From IMG/VR virus record IMGVR_UViG_3300044750_000007, positions 1-31,205 of that record: a DNA stretch of 31,205 nucleotides, one strand, 5' to 3'. Made by a program: the position numbers and the translations under genes. Positions 1-7,066 of the stretch are shown here, piece after piece. The notes under the pieces were generated by a model, which searched no databases, was not told the origin of the DNA, and worked only from the letters and a program-made list of their open reading frames with translations. Each line of letters begins with the position of its first letter. Position 1 is the first letter of the stretch. The stretch is from a virus (taxonomy: Duplodnaviria > Caudoviricetes).

Positions 1-412
1 CGAGCCGCTTTTCTTGCCGGAGCACTTCGTCATCGCTCGGGATCGCTGCGATTTCCTGGTTCGCAATTGCGATCAGTGTTTCGACCTCCTGAACTTTCCT
101 CTTTGCTTCAGAGGCTAATAATTCTGAAGCGCCAACATCCGATTTGTGTACCAGACCTTGATCAAATAATTCCCTCGTTTGGGCGAGGCTGGCTTCCGCC
201 CTAACCACTGACTTTTGGTAAGAGGCCATGAGTTTCTTCAGGCTGTCTCGGTAGGCTTCTGAGGCTTCGCGGAACTGGTGAACAAGATCGACCATTTCCG
301 AGTGAGGGTGTGGTGCCGTTGATAAGGGCGCCTTCGTTTGCATCGCGTCCGGCAAACGGCCGGAAGTGGACGTGAAAATGAAACACGCAAAGATGACCGC
401 GAGAAGCTTCAT
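1..412 (-). CDS. Secreted coiled-coil protein, runs off the left edge (not in the ORF track)
   Basis: Hand-translated from ATG at 412 after RBS AGGAGGGAG: MKLLAVIFACFIFTSTSG...EAYRDSLKKLMASYQKSVVRAEASLAQTRELFDQGLVHKSDV...; signal-peptide-like N-terminus, amphipathic helices, no stop before position 1. Confidence 0.85.
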   Translation of the reverse strand, partial: MKLLAVIFACFIFTSTSGRLPDAMQTKAPLSTAPHPHSEMVDLVHQFREASEAYRDSLKKLMASYQKSVVRAEASLAQTRELFDQGLVHKSDVGASELLASEAKRKVQEVETLIAIANQEIAAIPSDDEVLRQEKRL

Positions 413-441
413 TGGTCCAATCTCCCTCCTAACGGCGCGGG

Positions 442-450
442 ACTATATCA
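442..450 (-). promoter_or_regulatory. Possible extended -10 promoter (TGa-TATAGT) for the leftmost gene
   Basis: Reverse complement of ACTATATCA, about 30 nt upstream of ATG 412. Confidence 0.4.
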
Positions 451-527
451 CAGGCGATAAATCTTTGGGTAGATTCTTGACCGATAAAAGGCAGTTAGGG
501 TAGTAAAGCTTAGTGGTGCGGTGGGCC

Positions 528-556
528 GTGAGCAGTGAGCAGTGAGCAGTGAGCAG
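528..556. repeat. Heptamer tandem repeat (GTGAGCA)x4
   Basis: Four exact copies read directly. Confidence 0.95.
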
Positions 557-574
557 AAGGGAAGCGGGGGGCGA

Positions 575-631
575 TCCGAGAAAATAGAATTAGGCCTTGC
601 AAATTCTGGAGGTCGCTAGTATTTTCTCGGA
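575..631. repeat. Perfect 12-bp inverted repeat TCCGAGAAAATA/TATTTTCTCGGA with a 33-nt spacer
   Basis: Arms at 575-586 and 620-631; inner GAATT/AATTC pair at 587-591 and 602-606. Confidence 0.85.
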
Positions 632-747
632 GCGAAAATGTTGTCGGGTCTCCCAAAGCACAACTCGGCCAGACACACTTCCACACGGGCTCCAAGGAAT
701 ACACTCCCCAAAGCGTTAAAGACTTAGTGGTAAACCGGCGGCTTTGC

Positions 748-963
748 TCAGAATAGGAAGAAGAGCAGATCGATGGCCAGTCCGTCCCAAATCCCACCGC
801 CAACATCGTCAGCCTTTTCCGAGGTGTTCATAGCTGACTGCCCGCCCGCAGGGGGTGGCGGCGGTTGCGGCGCGCCTGGCATCTGCACTTCGCCGGCGAG
901 ACAAGTGGCGGTCAGCGCCAGCACAAGGACCATAGAGGCGAACAGAGCGCGTAGGTTTTTCAC
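748..963 (-). CDS. 71-aa secreted peptide precursor (signal peptide, GEVQMPG, Pro-rich linker, hydrophobic C-terminal tail)
   Basis: GTG at 963 with AAAGGAG 9 nt upstream; MKNLRALFASMVLVLALTATCLA|GEVQMPGAPQPPPPPAGG...IWDGLAIDLLFFLF. Confidence 0.85.
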   Translation of the reverse strand: MKNLRALFASMVLVLALTATCLAGEVQMPGAPQPPPPPAGGQSAMNTSEKADDVGGGIWDGLAIDLLFFLF

Positions 964-1041
964 GGGAGGTTCTCCTTTGGAAGTCGGGTTTATAGTTCTC
1001 TGGTTAAAGCGCGGGAGCGGTTTACCAGTTTTTCGGTTAAG

Positions 1042-2391
1042 TTGCAAATCTCTTTTAGCGGTGCACACTTGAAGGCTCAACCTCCCACTACTCTGCAACT
1101 CCCACGAGAGGCCAACTCCAAGGCCTCGGTCTGCGCCCGTGCGGCCCTCCGGCATGAAGAGCTTGGGGAATTTGACCGAGCGGTCGAATCACTACTACCG
1201 TTCTGGGGCGGTCCGGGCTACGAACCTCAGGTAGCAGACCTGAACGCCGCCGCCGCGGCCGCAATCTTGTTGCGCGCCGGCAGTCTAACGGCTTGGGTTG
1301 GCAGCCAGCGTCAGGTCGAGGGTTGGCAGGAAAAGGCAAAGGACCTGCTTACGCGCAGCGCCGATGCTTTTGCATCGCTGGGTGACTTCAAGGGACAGGC
1401 AGATGCGGAGAAACACCTGGGCACTTGCTACTGGCGGGCCGGCGCATTTTCAGAGGCACGGATTGTCTTCAGCCAGGCGATCGCGCGAGTGGGCCGCGGC
1501 GGCAGTGAATGGATGGCGCTGCAGCTCGACCATGCGATGGTTGATTTTTCTGAGGGAGCCTATCGAAAGTGTCTGGAGGTCTTCGCGAGTTTGGAGGAAG
1601 CAATCGCCGGCGCGGCCGACCTGCTGAAGGCGCGCTTTCACAACGGTCGCGGCATCGCACACAAGAGACTCGGCGAGAATGAGGCGGCAATAATTGAGCT
1701 CACCGCCGCGGCCTACTACCTGGAACGGGCCGGCCACGAACGCAACCAACTGATAACCGAGATTAATCTTGGGGTGGTCATGGGAGAATCTGGGCAGTTC
1801 CGTGAAGCGCACGATCGTTTGAACCGCGCCGATCGTCTCGCGGCGAGGTTGCGAGATCGGGTGCACCTGGCCCACTCGAAAGACTCCCGCGCGCGCGTAT
1901 ACCTGGCCGAAAAGAACTACGAAGCCGCGGAGGCAGCAGCGCGCGAGTCGGTCGGAATACTTGAGCGCGGAGACGAGTACGCGTTGTTGGTGGATTCGTT
2001 GCTAACTCAGGCAAGGGTACTGGCGAGGTTGAAAGATCCGCAACGCTTGGGTGTTTACGCGAGAGCGCACGAGCTAGCGGTTGAGAGAGTTGGTACAGAA
2101 CGGGCGGCGGCGATCGCTCTGGAGCTTCTCGGCGAGTTGGCCGGAGACGCATGTGTGAGCGGTTGCCTGACCCTTGAGGAAGCGAAGCACGCGTTTGAAA
2201 GCAGCATCCTGCGAGTGGCCTTGTCGCAGACAAACACCACGACGGAAGCGGCGCTCAAGCTCGGCATGCCGCAACAGACTTTAAGTTGGATACTTCAGAA
2301 CCATCACCCCGAATTGAAAACGAAGGCGCGCAAACCGAGGCGTCTGCGGCTCACCAAACGAAGGCACGACCAAAACACCAAAGCCAACTAA
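1042..2391 (+). CDS. TPR-repeat protein with C-terminal Fis-type HTH; putative peptide-sensing transcription regulator
   Basis: TPR-like repeats (HLGTCYWRAGAFSEA, NGRGIAHKRLGENEAA, NLGVVMGESGQFREA, SRARVYLAEKNYEAA); C-terminal LEEAKHAFESSILRVALSQT..TEAALKLGMPQQTLSWIL fits Fis/HTH_8. Start uncertain (TTG 1042 or 1069). Confidence 0.88.
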   Translation: MQISFSGAHLKAQPPTTLQLPREANSKASVCARAALRHEELGEFDRAVESLLPFWGGPGYEPQVADLNAAAAAAILLRAGSLTAWVGSQRQVEGWQEKAKDLLTRSADAFASLGDFKGQADAEKHLGTCYWRAGAFSEARIVFSQAIARVGRGGSEWMALQLDHAMVDFSEGAYRKCLEVFASLEEAIAGAADLLKARFHNGRGIAHKRLGENEAAIIELTAAAYYLERAGHERNQLITEINLGVVMGESGQFREAHDRLNRADRLAARLRDRVHLAHSKDSRARVYLAEKNYEAAEAAARESVGILERGDEYALLVDSLLTQARVLARLKDPQRLGVYARAHELAVERVGTERAAAIALELLGELAGDACVSGCLTLEEAKHAFESSILRVALSQTNTTTEAALKLGMPQQTLSWILQNHHPELKTKARKPRRLRLTKRRHDQNTKAN

Positions 2392-2415
2392 AAAGAACGG
2401 GAAAGGATAACGGTC

Positions 2416-2640
2416 ATGAGAAGAAGCCTGCTCACGCTAGCGATTGTCGTTGGAATACTAGTCACCTCTGGATGGGCTCAGCAATCCAGGGTAACATGGG
2501 AATACAAGACTGAAGGGAAATGTTCCGATGAGAAACGTATAAACGCTCTTGGCGCTGAAGGTTGGGAGCTAGCAGGCTTCACGTCAACTGAGTCCGGCTT
2601 GGGTGGAAACTGGCGTTGCATTTTCAAGCGCCCGAAATAA
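2416..2640 (+). CDS. Small secreted DUF4177-like protein
   Basis: Signal peptide then WEYK...INALGAEGWEL...FKRP; RBS AAAGGA. Confidence 0.8.
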   Translation: MRRSLLTLAIVVGILVTSGWAQQSRVTWEYKTEGKCSDEKRINALGAEGWELAGFTSTESGLGGNWRCIFKRPK

Positions 2641-2655
2641 GCCAGAGCCAAACCT

Positions 2656-3144
2656 TTAAGCCCGCCTTTTCGACTCCGCAGAAGTCTTAGCTGTTTGCTC
2701 TTCCTCTTCGTCCGCCTCGTAAAGCTTAAATAATAATTGCAGTTGTTCCAGGTCGTTTGCGCCCATCGTGCGGTACTGACCGAACAGATGCTGGCCGTAA
2801 GCTATCAGCGCGTCGACGATGAGGCGGTGAAGTGTTTCCTCGAAGTTTTCCTTTGAGCCATCAGCAATCTTTTGGACTATCTGACGTTCCGTTTCGGTAA
2901 GAAAACGAAACGGATCACGGTCTGCCTCCCCCTCGCCAGTGAGGAGCCAGTGAAGGGAACACTTAGTCAGCGCCGAAATTTTCTTTAGGTTGTCGAGGTT
3001 GGGTAGACTCTCACCCTTGATGTAGGCGCTGACACTTGCGTCAGAAATTCCTAGTTTTCCCGCAATTGTGGCCTGATTATCCCCGCCGAACGCTTCTTTC
3101 AGACGTTCGCCAAAGTCCCTGCCCGTCTGGCTCTTAGCCACCAC
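2656..3144 (-). CDS. CI-like XRE-family repressor without a peptidase S24 domain
   Basis: FGERLKEAFGGDNQATIAGKLGISDASVSAYIKGESLPNLDNLKKISALTKCSLHWLLTGEG is a classic HTH_3. Likely start is GTG 3144 or 3141; the 3252 start overlaps the divergent promoter and gene. Confidence 0.88.
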   Translation of the reverse strand: MVAKSQTGRDFGERLKEAFGGDNQATIAGKLGISDASVSAYIKGESLPNLDNLKKISALTKCSLHWLLTGEGEADRDPFRFLTETERQIVQKIADGSKENFEETLHRLIVDALIAYGQHLFGQYRTMGANDLEQLQLLFKLYEADEEEEQTAKTSAESKRRA

Positions 3145-3156
3145 TGAATATTTCTC

Positions 3157-3185
3157 TTGACACGTCTTAGGCGTTACCTTAATAT
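3157..3185 (+). promoter_or_regulatory. Sigma70-type early (PR-like) promoter TTGACA-N17-TAATAT
   Basis: Perfect -35 at 3157-3162, 17-bp spacer, -10 at 3180-3185, upstream of the Ner/Cro-like gene. Confidence 0.75.
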
Positions 3186-3199
3186 CCGCGCCATCATCG

Positions 3200-3217
3200 T
3201 TACGAGATAACTCGTAA
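3200..3217. promoter_or_regulatory. Operator-like palindrome TTACGAG-ATAA-CTCGTAA
   Basis: Perfect 7-bp inverted repeat just downstream of the PR-like promoter. Confidence 0.65.
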
Positions 3218-3233
3218 GCGCCTGCAACATACC

Positions 3234-3581
3234 ATGGATCACGCATCGCCATTAGAAAAAGGTTGGACCTCGGTGGGACTGCCGCCGTCGCAGATTCGGG
3301 CGTTGATTGGGATTCGGGATGAGGATTTGAACGAGGTAGGGAGGGTGATTGAGGAAGAGCCGAACCGCATCACGGAGACCATCAACCGTTACAAGGGGCG
3401 GCGCAATGAACGAATCCGGGTGAAGCTGGCGGCTCACGTAAACCTTCCCTACAAGAAGCTCTGGGGCGAGGAGCCCGTTGGTAAAAGCAACGAAAGAGAC
3501 GGCCGAGGCGGCGGCGTGAAATCCAACTACGCCGCAAAGCCTAGCACGGCGCCGCGGGGTATGAACCAGACCGAGCGATAA
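3234..3581 (+). CDS. Ner/Cro-like HTH regulator
   Basis: Divergent from the repressor; PPSQIRALIG...LNEVGRVI...ITETINR...IRVKLAAHVNLPYKKLWG resembles Mu Ner. Confidence 0.7.
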   Translation: MDHASPLEKGWTSVGLPPSQIRALIGIRDEDLNEVGRVIEEEPNRITETINRYKGRRNERIRVKLAAHVNLPYKKLWGEEPVGKSNERDGRGGGVKSNYAAKPSTAPRGMNQTER

Positions 3582-3630
3582 ATTTTTAGGGCAACAAAAC
3601 TTTTAACCTTTGAAGGGAGACTTAAATCGA

Positions 3631-3921
3631 ATGCCGAAACCTCAACGAGAGCGTTGCGTCCTGGTAACAACCGCGCACCGCGGTGTGTTCTGCGGGTACG
3701 CGACCGAAACAGGGGGCGAGACCATCAAGCTGCGAGAGGCTCGTCTCTGTTTGTACTGGTCTGCAGATGTTAAGGGGTTCATGGGCCTCGCGGCAGGTGG
3801 GCCATCTGCGAAGTGCCGTGTTGGCCCACCTGCGGATATTGAGTTGCGCAGTATCACCGCCGTCCTCGAAGTAACTCCGGAGGCTGAAGCAAAATGGAAA
3901 ACCCAACCCTGGTCAGTGTAG
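3631..3921 (+). CDS. DUF6948-like phage protein
   Basis: VLVTTAHRGVFCGY...IKLREARLCLYWS...GLAAGGP; RBS AAGGGAG before ATG 3631. Confidence 0.75.
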   Translation: MPKPQRERCVLVTTAHRGVFCGYATETGGETIKLREARLCLYWSADVKGFMGLAAGGPSAKCRVGPPADIELRSITAVLEVTPEAEAKWKTQPWSV

Positions 3922-4598
3922 AAGACGGTTGCGGTTCCGGTTGCGGTTCCGGTGACGGTTCCGGTGACGGTTACGGTGACGGTTACGGTTCCGGTGACGG
4001 TTACGGTGACGGTTACGGTTACGGTTACGGTTACGGTTCCGGTTACGGTTACGGTGACGGTTACGGTTCCGGTTACGGTTACGGTTCCGGTGACGGTTAC
4101 GGTGACGGTTACGGTTCCGGTTACGGTTACGGTGACGGTTACGGTGACGGTTACGGTTCCGGTTACGGTTCCGGCGACGGTTACGGTGACGGTTACGGTT
4201 CCGGTTACGGTTCCGGCGACGGTTACGGTGACGGTTCCGGCGACGGTTATTGGGTTGCCGTATTTGAAACCCACTACTCAACCCTGCCGCGAGTTCGCGA
4301 GCTCTGCTCTCAGGATCCAACCATTGCGTTTGCTTACTGGAGGTCGGATAGGAGTGGCCGAGCATGCAATGGCGGGAACTCTAAAGAGTCGGCCCGACCG
4401 GGCCTGATTGAACAGATTTCCGGTCCGCTCGAGATTTGTACGCGCCGCGCGTTACACGCCACGGTCGAGCCGACAAGTTACAAAGGCGATCGCCTTTGGG
4501 TTGTCGCGCTATCCGGGGAGATCCAAATCAGCGGTAACAAAGTCGGCGCCCTCAAGCGGGAGATAATCTGTGAAGTCACGGAAAGGAAGGCTGCCTGA
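3894..4598 (+). CDS. Gly-X (GY/GD/GS) repeat protein with a globular C-terminal domain
   Basis: GGAGG before ATG 3894; 54 Gly-X dipeptides; stop overlaps the next ATG (TGATG). Confidence 0.8.
   Translation: MENPTLVSVEDGCGSGCGSGDGSGDGYGDGYGSGDGYGDGYGYGYGYGSGYGYGDGYGSGYGYGSGDGYGDGYGSGYGYGDGYGDGYGSGYGSGDGYGDGYGSGYGSGDGYGDGSGDGYWVAVFETHYSTLPRVRELCSQDPTIAFAYWRSDRSGRACNGGNSKESARPGLIEQISGPLEICTRRALHATVEPTSYKGDRLWVVALSGEIQISGNKVGALKREIICEVTERKAA
3927..4250 (+). repeat. Hexamer tandem array, 54 units of GGTTAC/GGTGAC/GGTTCC and variants
   Basis: 324 nt read directly. Confidence 0.95.
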
Positions 4599-4962
4599 TG
4601 TCAACAGCTTCCCCCGCTGAACTCACTTACGAACAGGCGCGCGATCTGGCTGCTAAGGCAATCGCAATTCCGCATGACAACTCTTTCATTCTCGACTTCC
4701 TGGTTGACGAACACATTGGCGAGTTGGCGAGTGTGCTCATTCAGCACTGCGACGAGCTGAAGTTCATCGAACAGTTTTCGGTCACTTACCTCTGGAAGCG
4801 CACGGGAGGCAAGTCAAAGGACCGGCGCACTCTGGGCAAGTGTATTAAAGACCGCCGGACTGGTCAATTTCTTCGGGCGCACCGACTACGTCATTTTGGC
4901 TGGCGGCGGACCACTGCTCACACATCCACAACGATTTTCTCAAAGACCGACGCCGCCTTTAA
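4598..4962 (+). pseudogene. Phage putative metallopeptidase, doubly frameshifted and truncated
   Basis: Removing one A (4847-4849) and one T (4894-4897) restores YLWKRTGGKSKDRRTLGKCIKTAGLVNFFGRTDYVIWLAADHC; TAA at 4960-4962 comes before any HExxH. Confidence 0.72.
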
Positions 4963-4982
4963 TTTTCTCAGGGGGAGGGGAA

Positions 4983-5570
4983 ATGTCCGCAGCCTTATCA
5001 CAGCCACAGCCTGTCCAGCCACCATTGATCGAAGAGCCACCGCGAGCGTGCCCGCTGTGCCCGGCGGCCTTTGGTGAACAACCTGCGACCTCGTTCGGCA
5101 TCTGTCGCGGGCGAACTGATGGCCGGAACCTTTACTGCAAGAGCTGCATTCGAAAGAAGGTGACGGGCCAACGCCGGGAACTCAAGGAATACCGCGCGCG
5201 GCGCAAGCAAGCCGCAAAGCCAACGATGTTGGTCGGAGAGCACCTCTGCCTTGTCCCTCGGCAAACTCCCTCCTCGCCAGTTGAGAGAGTGAGAGACGCG
5301 ATTCGCAGGGGCGCGCGCACGCAGAGGGCGATCCGTCAGAAGACGAGGCTGGGCCCTGACGAAATCGGGCTCGCGTTGGCCGAGTTGATGCTTTGGACGC
5401 GTGAGGTTACAACCCGCTTCGTTGGCGAAAGCCGGCACTACGTCATCAACGACCCGCAAGTGCTACCGCTGCGCGATACCGAGGGTTTAGACCTGCCATC
5501 GAGAAAGCCGGACGTCCTTGCCTCTGCCAGCCAGCCGGCAGAGGTGGCGAGCGAAAGGAAGGTGAGCTGA
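4983..5570 (+). CDS. Zn-finger (CPLC...F...DGRNLYCKSC) plus HTH-like hypothetical protein
   Basis: RBS GGGGGAGGGG before ATG 4983; coupled to the next gene. Confidence 0.75.
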   Translation: MSAALSQPQPVQPPLIEEPPRACPLCPAAFGEQPATSFGICRGRTDGRNLYCKSCIRKKVTGQRRELKEYRARRKQAAKPTMLVGEHLCLVPRQTPSSPVERVRDAIRRGARTQRAIRQKTRLGPDEIGLALAELMLWTREVTTRFVGESRHYVINDPQVLPLRDTEGLDLPSRKPDVLASASQPAEVASERKVS

Positions 5571-5932
5571 TGTCCACGCCTGAAGAGAAATGCACGGTGG
5601 CGCGCCGGCTACTGCTCGAATTGGAAGCTCGCGACCAGCAAACGATCGCGCTGTTCAAGAAAGCCCTGGGTGAGATTGAAGAAGACGTGCGCGAGCTGCG
5701 GCGCGAGTCCGCCAAGCGCGACATGCAGATCTACACCGAAGCAGAGTTTGCGGCGCTGTTCAAAGTGAGCGAGTCGACGATGGCGCGTGAGCGGAAGGCC
5801 GGCCACATCCATCCGCTTGAGATGGGCCAGCACGTTGTTCGGTACTCGTCGCTGCAGCTTGAGCAGGCGCATGCAATTTTCGGTTCGAAGTTGAGGCTGG
5901 TCAAAAAGAAGAAGGAGCAGAGAGCGTCATGA
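5570..5932 (+). CDS. Excisionase-like HTH_17 DNA-binding protein with N-terminal coiled coil
   Basis: IYTEAEFAALFKVSESTMARERKAGHI...VVRYS. Confidence 0.75.
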   Translation: MSTPEEKCTVARRLLLELEARDQQTIALFKKALGEIEEDVRELRRESAKRDMQIYTEAEFAALFKVSESTMARERKAGHIHPLEMGQHVVRYSSLQLEQAHAIFGSKLRLVKKKKEQRAS

Positions 5933-6264
5933 CAAATCCCAACACAATCAGCCGGCGCTACGTTGTCGACACGAAAGGCACGGAGGTGCGTCCGTTCCGC
6001 GTTTACGACGCTCACAAGGGCACGGTCTTCATCTACACGGCCGATCGCGTGGTCGCCGAGCGCATGGCTGAAGAGTATGAGAAGCAGTGGCTACGTTCGA
6101 CCTGGTTGCGGCGCAACTGGCAGCGAGTGGCCAGGTGGCTGCGTTCGCTCTTCGCGAAGAAGCCAGCGCCCCGGCCGGCGGCGGCGCCGACGATACGCGA
6201 GCAGCGCGTGGAGTTTCTCGAGCGACTCTGCGAGAAAGCACGCGCTGAGACAGCCGGGCGATGA
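5929..6264 (+). CDS. Hypothetical phage protein
   Basis: ATGA overlaps at both ends; RBS AAGGAG. Confidence 0.75.
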   Translation: MTNPNTISRRYVVDTKGTEVRPFRVYDAHKGTVFIYTADRVVAERMAEEYEKQWLRSTWLRRNWQRVARWLRSLFAKKPAPRPAAAPTIREQRVEFLERLCEKARAETAGR

Positions 6265-6437
6265 GTAGACGCGACGCATTGCGGCTATTGGATCGTTCAC
6301 ACGCTCTTCATTCCTGCGCTAACTGCCGCGATTGGCATTTCAAGACAGATGCGCGGTGCCCGAAGTGCTTGAGGTCGCCTGATTCCAGAATTAAAGATCA
6401 GGCCCGCCAATCTAAAAAGACGGGAGAAGAAAAATGA
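6261..6437 (+). CDS. 58-aa zinc-ribbon protein (not in the ORF track)
   Basis: MSRRDALRLLDRSHALHSCANCRDWHFKTDARCPKCLRSPDSRIKDQARQSKKTGEEK; CxxC-x10-CxxC; ATGA overlaps at both ends. Confidence 0.75.
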   Translation: MSRRDALRLLDRSHALHSCANCRDWHFKTDARCPKCLRSPDSRIKDQARQSKKTGEEK

Positions 6438-6718
6438 CCGAGTCCGAATACATCCGCACGGTCGGGGAAACCTTCATTGAGCTTCGCAAGGGGTCGCTCG
6501 CTTTGTCTCCGCTGGATGCGGATCTAATTCAGTCCTGGGCGGACACGGGAATACCGCTGAACGTGGTGCTCGGGGCGATGTGCCAGGTACTCGAAAGAGA
6601 GCCCAAGGACGGGAAGCCGGCACGTCCGATTAGGACGATCAAATACTGCGAAGAGGAAGTGGAAGCGCAGTTTGCTGACTGGCAGGAGATGCGAGTCGGT
6701 GCTAGCGAAGAGGAATAG
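6434..6718 (+). CDS. DnaD-like domain protein
   Basis: LSPLDADLIQSWADTGIPLNVVLGAM...IRTIKYCEEEV resembles DnaD/DnaB_2-like helical domains. Confidence 0.6.
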   Translation: MTESEYIRTVGETFIELRKGSLALSPLDADLIQSWADTGIPLNVVLGAMCQVLEREPKDGKPARPIRTIKYCEEEVEAQFADWQEMRVGASEEE

Positions 6719-7066
6719 ATGACGACGATGAAGATTGATCGTTGCAAAAGATGTGGAGCCGAAATCATCTGGGCCAACAACACCAGCACCGGTCGCACTG
6801 CGCCGCTGGACGCTCGGCCGGTGCGAGAGGACTACGGAAACATCGACCTCGACAAGGTCCGCATGACCTACGTCGTGCTTGAAGACGAAGTGGCAGCGAG
6901 TGCGCGAGAGCGCCAGTTTGAACTTTACACCAACCACCTGGGCACTTGCCCGTATCAGGAAGAAGCGAGACAGAAAGCAGCAGAGTGCCGACAGGCAGAA
7001 TGGAGCAACGATGAGCACAGCGATGATGGGCATCCTGATTGGTGGTATGACAAAGGATCTTACTGA
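6719..7066 (+). CDS. Hypothetical Zn-binding phage protein
   Basis: CKRCGAEIIW...TGRTAPLD...HLGTCP motif; RBS GAGGA. Confidence 0.75.
   Translation: MTTMKIDRCKRCGAEIIWANNTSTGRTAPLDARPVREDYGNIDLDKVRMTYVVLEDEVAASARERQFELYTNHLGTCPYQEEARQKAAECRQAEWSNDEHSDDGHPDWWYDKGSY

Noticed and set aside
510-806. 98-aa minus-strand ORF, plus 201-386 and 773-1072
   Set aside because: No RBS or protein-like features; they overlap better-supported genes or cross repeats.
748-963. Peptide as a lipoprotein or RiPP precursor
   Set aside because: The Cys precedes the likely LA|G cleavage site and TATC is a poor lipobox; no modifying enzymes nearby. Not fully excluded without SignalP.
964-1155. 135-aa version of the peptide ORF
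   Set aside because: Overlaps the TPR gene; RBS and signal peptide mark GTG 963 as the start.
3927-4250. Possible CRISPR array
   Set aside because: Contiguous 6-bp units with no unique spacers; no cas genes.
3642-4407. ORFs with VTVT or RNRH repeats (3642-4274, 3913-4365, 3952-4407)
   Set aside because: Shadow frames of the stop-free hexamer array; only the Gly-X frame has an RBS, a globular tail and coupling.
6879-7046. N-terminal extensions in the ORF track (6879, 4896, 12178, 17644, 23452, 25474, 29640)
   Set aside because: They overlap upstream genes; downstream ATGs with RBS or coupling are more plausible.
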